Below are positions 9,210-14,966 of a stretch of DNA of 20,000 nt, piece after piece. The stretch lies in the IMG/VR virus record IMGVR_UViG_3300002071_000003, positions 55,901 through 75,900 of that record, one strand, 5' to 3'. The first letter of the stretch is position 1. Each line of letters starts with the position of its first letter. The stretch comes from an uncultured virus (IMG/VR IMGVR_UViG_3300002071_000003). Its lineage: Duplodnaviria; Heunggongvirae; Uroviricota; Caudoviricetes. The notes beneath the pieces are model-generated. The model did not search any database and had not been told where the DNA came from. It saw only the letters and a list, made by a program, of their open reading frames with translations. The translations under genes and the position numbers were made by a program.

Positions 9210-9287
9210 TGGTAGCCCCTGTGGGAGTCGAACCCACCAAAATCTGTTTATAAGACAGACGCCTACAAACCGGTTGGCCTAAGGGCT
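9210..9287 (-). tRNA. tRNA-Ile(UAU)
   Basis: Acceptor AGCCCTT/AGGGGCT, anticodon arm TCTGT-CTTATAA-ACAGA, T arm GTGGG-TTCGACT-CCCAC, A73 then CCA. Confidence 0.9.
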
Positions 9288-9377
9288 ATGAGTCAGCGTG
9301 TGCTACTTTATCTGGCTTTTCTAGGGGAGACTTCTCTATTGAGGTTATTCTTCCACGTAGAGTAATCTTACCACTTT

Positions 9378-9569
9378 TTAATCTAGTCCAGAAGGATATT
9401 TTGGGCGATTTAACTCTTTTTGATGGTATTTTGAGCCTTGGCATCCTATCGCTCCACAACTTTCATCGCATAAACAGGAATCTTCGGGATCGTCATAGCC
9501 GTAATCGCAGCTAGGGCAGTACTTATCCTCAAAAGTCGCCTGTGTAAATTCAATTTTTTCTGCTTGCAT
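9378..9569 (-). CDS. Small Cys-rich, possibly metal-binding protein
   Basis: CPSC...CLCDESCGAIGC. Start is ATG 9569 or GTG 9578. Confidence 0.6.
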   Translation of the reverse strand: MQAEKIEFTQATFEDKYCPSCDYGYDDPEDSCLCDESCGAIGCQGSKYHQKELNRPKYPSGLD

Positions 9570-9587
9570 CTCACTCACTTTAATGAT

Positions 9588-9661
9588 TGGTCCCGAATCG
9601 AGGAATCGAACCTCGTCTGCCAGTGTGTAGAACTGAATCGCTTCCGTTACAACAATCCGGG
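9588..9661 (-). tRNA. tRNA-Val(UAC), atypical C33
   Basis: Acceptor CCCGGAT/ATTCGGG, anticodon arm TCAGT-TCTACAC-ACTGG, T arm CGAGG-TTCGATT-CCTCG, A73 then CCA. Confidence 0.8.
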
Positions 9662-10027
9662 CTATAGCTTACTTAGTCTTGCGGCTATAATAACATTACT
9701 AGTACTAACAGGTAGCGGGGCACTTGTTCCTGTAATGTTTGAAATAAACTTTCCTGTATCACCCTCTGCGCCCGTAAATAGGGCATCTGGATATTGGGTA
9801 ATCCAACCATCATCAGTTAATAGAACAAGATCATATCTCTTGCCCGGTCTGAATACATAAACTGTTCCAGTCCTTAGCGGAGCAAGCCATTCGCCTAGAT
9901 CAACTAGTGAGTAGGTGATATATGCTCTTGCGCCGGGTCCCGGTATGCCTTCTTTTTCAGGATCAATCGGCTCGGAATCATACCAATAACTCTTTTCCCA
10001 ATCTGGTAGTGTGTTTGGTATCGTCAT
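9662..10027 (-). CDS. Hypothetical protein
   Basis: 121-aa ORF coupled to the thyX stop (ATGA overlap). Its stop codon abuts tRNA-Val. Confidence 0.7.
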   Translation of the reverse strand: MTIPNTLPDWEKSYWYDSEPIDPEKEGIPGPGARAYITYSLVDLGEWLAPLRTGTVYVFRPGKRYDLVLLTDDGWITQYPDALFTGAEGDTGKFISNITGTSAPLPVSTSNVIIAARLSKL

Positions 10028-10710
10028 GGTGCTAAACTCCCGTTCTCAATCCATGCCTTGTATGTCATAGGCATAATGTCTTTGAAGATATCTCTGATTG
10101 CTTCGGCGTACTGCCTGATTTCCCACTGAGCGTCTTCTCCGCAACGAAGGCTTAGAAAATTCATCAGGGATCGTGCATTAACGGTCCAATAATACTCTGT
10201 GTAAGTATTTACCGGAAGAATCATCCTAGCCATTTCTTTTGCTATTCCAAAGGAAATCAGCCTCTTATAGTCCTCGTATGCTTCCATAGAAGAGTTTTCA
10301 ATTGTAATGGCCACCCAAGTATTAGCTGCTTCACTATTGAGCATAATGGACCCTTGCTTATTAGTCTCGGCTGGTCCTCGCGCCACCAGAGGAATATAAA
10401 ACTCTGGTTTAAACTCTGTATATCTACCACTTCTCTCATTATATGAGCCTATACGATGGCGCATCCACTCTCTTGCTACAAATATCGGGGCTTTCACATA
10501 AAAGGTGAACATGTTATGTTCAAAAGGCGTTCCATGCCGGTGTTTCATTAAGTAATTAATTAGCTTCTGGTCCTTCTCTGCACCCTTAGACGTTTCCTCC
10601 GGTCCTAGGCCATTGGAGACTCTTGCAGAAGCAACCACAGATAGATCGCCGCCCGCATAACTCACCAAGCCAACGAAACCCTTGTCCAGAACCTTTGTAT
10701 TTCCTAGCAT
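10024..10710 (-). CDS. thyX: FAD-dependent thymidylate synthase
   Basis: HGTPFEH, PIFVAREWMRHRIGSYNERSGRY (RHRxxSxxxxSxR motif), KEMARMILP, NARSLMNFLSLR, AQWEIR. Confidence 0.97.
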   Translation of the reverse strand: MLGNTKVLDKGFVGLVSYAGGDLSVVASARVSNGLGPEETSKGAEKDQKLINYLMKHRHGTPFEHNMFTFYVKAPIFVAREWMRHRIGSYNERSGRYTEFKPEFYIPLVARGPAETNKQGSIMLNSEAANTWVAITIENSSMEAYEDYKRLISFGIAKEMARMILPVNTYTEYYWTVNARSLMNFLSLRCGEDAQWEIRQYAEAIRDIFKDIMPMTYKAWIENGSLAP

Positions 10711-10940
10711 GGGTGTGAATTATGACTATTACGGGCACGGCTCTCTTTAATATCTTCTAGAAACATATCTACTATCAAACCTAATGCAAAGGTAGCCATA
10801 ATTAGCGCTGCGACAAAGATCACATACCCAAATAGTTCTTTACCCAGTATAAGAATTGCTAACCCCGGAATACCTAGTATAATTGCTACAGGTATAGCGC
10901 CTAAAACAAAGATTCGTAATCCCTTTAATATGCGTCTCAT
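10704..10940 (-). CDS. Small membrane protein (two predicted TM helices)
   Basis: Likely start is ATG 10940 (MRRILKG..., GGAGAG RBS), followed by two hydrophobic stretches. The longer ORF-track version runs through tRNA genes. Confidence 0.7.
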   Translation of the reverse strand: MRRILKGLRIFVLGAIPVAIILGIPGLAILILGKELFGYVIFVAALIMATFALGLIVDMFLEDIKESRARNSHNSHPC

Positions 10941-10960
10941 CTTCTCTCCAAATAAAAAAT

Positions 10961-11035
10961 TGGCGGGGGAGGTAGGATTCGAACCTACACTACGCGGTTC
11001 CAAAGACCGCTGCATTACCATTATGCTACTCCCCT
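10961..11035 (-). tRNA. tRNA-Gln(UUG)
   Basis: Anticodon arm GCGGT-CTTTGGA-ACCGC, D arm GCAT-AATGGTA-ATGC, T arm GTAGG-TTCGAAT-CCTAC, G73 then CCA. The 1:72 pair is mismatched. Confidence 0.9.
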
Positions 11036-11046
11036 GCGAAAAAGTT

Positions 11047-11120
11047 TGGCTGGCACGGGTGGATTTGAACCACCATATCAAGGTTAACAGCCTAGCGTCC
11101 TACCATTGAACGACACGCCA
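11047..11120 (-). tRNA. tRNA-Asn(GUU)
   Basis: Acceptor TGGCGTG/CGTGCCA, anticodon arm CTAGG-CTGTTAA-CCTTG, T arm GGTGG-TTCAAAT-CCACC, G73 then CCA. Confidence 0.92.
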
Positions 11121-11123
11121 ACG

Positions 11124-11270
11124 ATTAGTTATAGAGAGGATTAGATGACTTCGGGATGCGCGTCCCCGCGTGGGTTAGGTTGCCAAGCCTACTTATTAGA
11201 GGCGTACGACATTTTATAATTGGTGTTAATATGTTGAAGTATCCGAAACCGTCACTACCCATAAACTAAT
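11124..11270 (-). ncRNA. Y-like RNA copy 6 (long non-tRNA insert)
   Basis: AUUAGUUUAUGGG-UAGUGAC-GGUUUCGG-AUACUUC-[~80 nt]-CCGAAGUC-AUCUAAUCCU-CUCUAUAACUAAU. Same scaffold as the other five copies. Confidence 0.7.
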
Positions 11271-11381
11271 TATAACTATAAGGGCTTATAAAATGTTACA
11301 GGTTACGTAGTCCTGTTGCCTCGGTAATAATTCATTACCCCTCCGCTCGCAAGCACGTAGGCCGTTACAAAATTAAATTAG

Positions 11382-11503
11382 ATTAGAGAGAATTTGCTGT
11401 GCCAGAAAACACGAGACTTTCATCCCGTTTGCAGGGGGTTGAACCTTGCTGATGTAACCGAAGCTACTGTAACCGAAGTATCTGAACACTTCACTGCTCT
11501 AAT
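11382..11503 (-). ncRNA. Y-like RNA copy 5 (reduced tRNA-like insert)
   Basis: AUUAGAG-CAGUGAA-GUGUUCAG-AUACUUC-[UUCG hairpin, T-arm-like hairpin, 7-bp GAAA hairpin]-CUGGCAC-AGCAAAUUCU-CUCUAAU. Confidence 0.75.
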
Positions 11504-11517
11504 ATAAAACGCAAATT

Positions 11518-11652
11518 AAATAAGGAGAATTAGTCGCTATTGGATATTTAGCGTGTTACCATTACACCCATCCCCCATGACGGAGGATAAGGGATTCGAA
11601 CCCTTTACTCTTCATTAAAAGTGAAGTAACCAACGGCTGCACTACCTTATTT
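11518..11652 (-). ncRNA. Y-like (YrlA-type) RNA copy 4, permuted tRNA-Lys(UUU) mimic
   Basis: AAAUAAGG-UAGUGCA-GCCGUUGG-UUA-[CUUCA-CUUUUAA-UGAAG]-AGUA-[AAGGG-UUCGAAU-CCCUU]-[AUCCUCC-GUCAU-GGGGGAU]-GG-[GUGU-AAUGGUA-ACAC]-...-CCAAUAGC-GACUAAUUCU-CCUUAUUU. Confidence 0.88.
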
Positions 11653-11889
11653 ACTTGTTATTTGGCCTTTAAAGAAGCTACCTACTATACCTAATAGAAG
11701 TGCTATACCTATTCCTTGCGCCCAACTAATAATTGGGAACTGAAATAGTCCTACTAACAGCCAGTTCCATAGCAAGGTTATTACCCCGCCGATCAGTCCT
11801 AAATATAGAACCAAGAACAGAACTACCGCTATCAGCATTGCTAGACAAGCTGTCCCAGTATAATTCTTAGTTTTAAACGTACTCTTCAT
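11647..11889 (-). CDS. Small membrane protein
   Basis: Likely start is ATG 11889 (MKSTFKTKNY..., GAGGT RBS), giving 80 aa, mostly hydrophobic. The longer ORF-track version overlaps tRNA-Glu. Confidence 0.72.
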   Translation of the reverse strand: MKSTFKTKNYTGTACLAMLIAVVLFLVLYLGLIGGVITLLWNWLLVGLFQFPIISWAQGIGIALLLGIVGSFFKGQITSK

Positions 11890-11900
11890 TTGTACCTCTT

Positions 11901-11976
11901 TGGTAGCCCAACAGAGAATCGAACTCTGATCGGCAGAGTGAAAATCTGCAATCCTCAACCGTTAGACGATTGGGCC
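11901..11976 (-). tRNA. tRNA-Glu(UUC)
   Basis: Acceptor GGCCCAA/TTGGGCT, anticodon arm GCAGA-TTTTCAC-TCTGC, T arm CAGAG-TTCGATT-CTCTG, CCA. Confidence 0.92.
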
Positions 11977-11982
11977 AAAATT

Positions 11983-12126
11983 TATTAGGAGAATTTGGTC
12001 GCGTAGGCTTTTTTACTGGCCGCTGCTCTAACACTGAGCTATTCCCCGGCGATTGTTCGGGGAAGAGAGAATTGAACTCCCGACATGCGGCTCCCATGAA
12101 GAAATCCTATGCTTCACTACCTAATA
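11983..12126 (-). ncRNA. Y-like (YrlA-type) RNA copy 3, permuted tRNA-Pro-like mimic
   Basis: UAUUAGG-UAGUGAA-GCAUAGG-AUUUCUUC-AUGGGA-GCCGC-AUGUC-[GGGAG-UUCAAUU-CUCUC]-[UUCCCCG-AACAAUCGC-CGGGGAA]-UA-[GCUC-AGUGUUA-GAGC]-A-GCGGC-...-CCUACGC-GACCAAAUUCU-CCUAAUA. Confidence 0.9.
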
Positions 12127-12139
12127 CTAGGTTCTAAAT

Positions 12140-12227
12140 TTATCTAGGAGGATTTAGTGGCTCTGGCTTTTTACAAAAGACATTTTGAAGTTTTTAGAAG
12201 TATCCAAAACCTTCACTACCTAGATAA
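12140..12227 (-). ncRNA. Y-like RNA copy 2 (minimal)
   Basis: UUAUCUAGG-UAGUGAA-GGUUUUGG-AUACUUC-[30 nt AU-rich]-CCAGAGCC-ACUAAAUCCU-CCUAGAUAA. Confidence 0.8.
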
Positions 12228-12240
12228 TATAATATTCAAT

Positions 12241-12314
12241 TAATCGGAGAATTGGGTCGCTTAGAGTTTGGTTTTCATTTCAAGAGAAGTATCTCTAAAC
12301 TTCACTGCCGATTA
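12241..12314 (-). ncRNA. Y-like RNA copy 1 (minimal)
   Basis: UAAUCGG-CAGUGAA-GUUUAGAG-AUACUUC-[19 nt]-CUCUAAGC-GACCCAAUUCU-CCGAUUA. Confidence 0.8.
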
Positions 12315-12316
12315 TA

Positions 12317-12511
12317 TTATTCTGCTCTATCTACGTAACTTGTGTTGTCCAAGCCACGATGAATATCAGCCACTAATGAATTCGCTAGTGACCAAAGATG
12401 TTTTGCGTTCTCCTGAATGTTATCCTCTTTACGAAGAATCTTAAAGGCTTCTACAACTTCTTTGGCTCTATCGGTTGCTGCCGTTACCGTTTTTGAATCG
12501 GGGGTTTCCAT
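12317..12511 (-). CDS. Hypothetical helical protein
   Basis: 64-aa ORF with AGGAG RBS, located between the Ro60 gene and the ncRNA array. Confidence 0.65.
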   Translation of the reverse strand: METPDSKTVTAATDRAKEVVEAFKILRKEDNIQENAKHLWSLANSLVADIHRGLDNTSYVDRAE

Positions 12512-12714
12512 TTTAATCTCCTATTATATTGCTAGCTTAGTCCGGCTCGTCTAGCTTGATCCTTTAACAGCCCCTTATCGGTGACGACCACGGCGGATCA
12601 ATTGTTTGATATTTTGGGTGGGCTGACTGTTCACCAGCCTGTACCAGCCTGTGAAATCGTACAGGGGATTACTCCAACGTACGACCACGCTCTACAGCGG
12701 TAGCACCCGCGATA

Positions 12715-14298
12715 TTACCACTTATTAATGTGCTGCTCCATAACATTGTTCTCCACAATGTTCATGTAATCGATGATCTTGTCTGACCACCCATTGACCA
12801 AGATAACGTTCTTAGACTTGTTTGGAGTCTGACGTGTTCCATACGAACTAACATCAAGAGAGTATAGATACGCATTTCTATTTACTTGCGCCAAGTAGTT
12901 CTTCCATTCCTCATTCACAAACGAATCTGTGTACCAAGGATAGGTTGTTCCAAAAATTCCGGCCTTGCTCTGACTTTTTTCGGTATTGTAACACTGCATG
13001 TCAGAGACAAGCACGATACGATCTACCTTGATCTTGTTATCAGTCAAAATCTTGAATGCAAGTCCAGCGTTTGTACTGTGACCGACATTTGTATTTACAA
13101 TTTTATCGATGTTGGTGATCATAGTATCGTCAGGATTTACCATGATTCTACGCGCAGTCTGACCGAAGCCGATAACTACAGATTCCTTAGCCTTCTTGGT
13201 AACGATTGCCCCAAGAACGGCCGCAACTTCTGCATTTGTCACCTTAGACTTTTCGGACACTCGCGCTCCTGTCATAGACCCTGAAAGGTCCACAAGAACC
13301 GCTGTACTTCCACCAAGCGTAACATTAGAGATAGACAATTCAAAAGCCTTAGCGATTGCTCGCATAATGCTCTGATTCTCAATTTCCTTATACGCAGAGT
13401 AGAATCTATATGGTAGCTGCTTAGACTTCTTTACAGCGTCCTCATCTGTAATTCGCGCAAGGATAGGATCAAGAGTTACACCCTTTTGGTCAAAGTTACG
13501 CAAGTTACGTAGCAATGCCATATATCCCATCTTAGGAGCGATTAACTCCCAAGTTTCCTTAGACGAACCAAACTTGGAGATGAAAGATTCCCAAGTTACT
13601 GCTCCACCGTTTACAAGGGCCTTTGCCTCAACATCCAGTGTATCCTTTGCAAGCAACTGCTTTAGTGCTGCAATCTTTGGCAATGCTTCTGCGTCAACAA
13701 CATCGTTGACAAGATAGTTTCGCATAGCCTTGGAAACAGGATATCCTTCCTTACGGTAAATAAGATTGAGCACATCACCTAGAGAAACTGCTCCCTTATC
13801 AGAATCATATTTATTCAATTGGTATTCGTCAAATGTAGCGAAGGCTGCTGCCAAACCCTTTTTTAGGGCATTTGGAATAGGCTTTCCATGTGTAGACAAC
13901 TGGTAAGCGATAACACCGCTCAATTCATCTGCACGCTTTACAATCTTAGGAGTATACTCACGAATAAATGGCTTACACTTTTCAATGTTAGCCGCCTCCA
14001 CAAGCAAGACCTGTGGGGTTGTTCGGAGATAAATCTCGTTACGAGCATATGCAGCCAACTGGAGAATAAACTTCGGATTAACTGCTGCTACTTCACGGAT
14101 ATCCTTTACAATCTCTGCGGCAATCTTATCTCCGCTCTTGTAGAAAGTGTCCTCACTCCAAAAGGCTCCAAGAACACGTTCAATTAGGCGATCCTTAGCA
14201 GGAAGCTTCCATGCTACTGCGGCCTCTTCATTAAGAGTCACGTTTTCGGGATCAAGGGACTGTAAGGTTACTGCTGTCTTTGTATTTAACTTAACCAT
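12715..14298 (-). CDS. rsr: Ro60/Rsr-type RNA-binding protein (TROVE domain plus vWA domain)
   Basis: TROVE motifs EDTFY, YARNEIYLRTTP, RADEL, FDEYQLNKY, TWE, MGYMALLRNLRN and SKQLPYRFYSAY. vWA MIDAS motif DLSGSM...STN...SDMQ. 527 aa. Confidence 0.95.
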   Translation of the reverse strand: MVKLNTKTAVTLQSLDPENVTLNEEAAVAWKLPAKDRLIERVLGAFWSEDTFYKSGDKIAAEIVKDIREVAAVNPKFILQLAAYARNEIYLRTTPQVLLVEAANIEKCKPFIREYTPKIVKRADELSGVIAYQLSTHGKPIPNALKKGLAAAFATFDEYQLNKYDSDKGAVSLGDVLNLIYRKEGYPVSKAMRNYLVNDVVDAEALPKIAALKQLLAKDTLDVEAKALVNGGAVTWESFISKFGSSKETWELIAPKMGYMALLRNLRNFDQKGVTLDPILARITDEDAVKKSKQLPYRFYSAYKEIENQSIMRAIAKAFELSISNVTLGGSTAVLVDLSGSMTGARVSEKSKVTNAEVAAVLGAIVTKKAKESVVIGFGQTARRIMVNPDDTMITNIDKIVNTNVGHSTNAGLAFKILTDNKIKVDRIVLVSDMQCYNTEKSQSKAGIFGTTYPWYTDSFVNEEWKNYLAQVNRNAYLYSLDVSSYGTRQTPNKSKNVILVNGWSDKIIDYMNIVENNVMEQHINKW

Positions 14299-14400
14299 TC
14301 TTCCTTACCTCAATTCTGTTGCTATCCAGATAATTATTTGGGGCGGTCTGCCCGGTTGCAGAACTGTTTGCGCATTTCCTAGGAAGCCAAAGCGCCCCAA

Positions 14401-14541
14401 TTATTCAGTTTTCTCTTTCGGAGAGAAACGGCCTTTTTTCTTTGTCGAAATGGGCTTTGGAACAGCCCTTGGTGGACTTAGCGGTTTTTCCCAAGGCTGT
14501 AATTCCCTTTGTTTGAAGGCCGTGCCCTTCACTTCTTGCAT
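14401..14541 (-). CDS. Small basic Pro/Lys-rich protein (46 aa)
   Basis: Below the track cutoff. MQEVKGTAFKQRELQPWEKPLSPPRAVPKPISTKKKGRFSPKEKTE with RBS AGGAAAGGTG. Confidence 0.55.
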   Translation of the reverse strand: MQEVKGTAFKQRELQPWEKPLSPPRAVPKPISTKKKGRFSPKEKTE

Positions 14542-14583
14542 AGTACACCTTTCCTACGGCGAGGTTCAACTTTTTGATTATTT

Positions 14584-14657
14584 TGGTGGACCCACAGAGA
14601 ATCGAACTCTGATTTTATCGGTGCAAACGATATGTTCTCCCATTAAACTATAGGCCC
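14584..14657 (-). tRNA. tRNA-Ala(UGC)
   Basis: Acceptor GGGCCTA/TGGGTCC with the G3-U70 identity pair, anticodon arm TATCG-TTTGCAC-CGATA, A73 then CCA. Confidence 0.93.
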
Positions 14658-14659
14658 AT

Positions 14660-14736
14660 TGGAGGCATCGGTGGGATTCGGACCCACGTAATCCGGTTTT
14701 GCAGACCAGCCCTTTAAGCCGCTCAGGCACGACGCC
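14660..14736 (-). tRNA. tRNA-Cys(GCA)
   Basis: Acceptor GGCGTCG/CGATGCC, anticodon arm CTGGT-CTGCAAA-ACCGG, U73 then CCA. T loop is TCCGAAT. Confidence 0.92.
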
Positions 14737-14966
14737 TAGTAGTGTGAATTTGGATTTGGATACATTGGTACAGCATATGTTTGATCAGGCTTATTTAAAT
14801 CCTTAAAAGGATAGGTTAGTCCCTCCCTTAAACACTCTTCTACAACTTGATTAGCGTAGAATTCTGCTTCTTCCATGTACCAAATATACTCTCTATCTTT
14901 TATATGCTCTTTAAGAGCACCTACTAATATGTTTTTAGCAGATTTATAAATTGTATAGGTATCCAT
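14736..14966 (-). CDS. Hypothetical protein
   Basis: 76-aa ORF directly abutting the upstream ORF stop. Confidence 0.6.
   Translation of the reverse strand: MDTYTIYKSAKNILVGALKEHIKDREYIWYMEEAEFYANQVVEECLREGLTYPFKDLNKPDQTYAVPMYPNPNSHY

Noticed and set aside
9588..9661. Amber suppressor (CUA) reading of this tRNA, implying a recoded genetic code
   Set aside because: The stem TCAGT/ACTGG centres the loop on TAC. TAG also serves as a normal stop for several well-packed genes (e.g. polA, the SLOG gene, 290..586).
11290..11372. Twister ribozyme suggested by GCGGAGGG
   Set aside because: The complementary UAA-YCCGC strand and the GGUCCCAAGCCC-like loop are absent.
11124..12314. CRISPR array interpretation of the repeated motifs
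   Set aside because: Conserved parts are short, split and covary as stems, spacing is irregular, tRNA and CDS genes are interspersed, and no cas genes are present in the window.
11124..12314. GAAG/CUUC local hairpin as the conserved fold of the handle
   Set aside because: It is possible in four copies but broken in copies 4 (GCAG) and 6 (GACG), whereas P2 pairing holds in all six. It could still be a minor alternative state.
12556..12708. Pistol, hammerhead or HDV-like ribozyme, or a true tRNA
   Set aside because: I could not place the required catalytic core motifs or pseudoknots. There is no T-loop consensus or CCA end.
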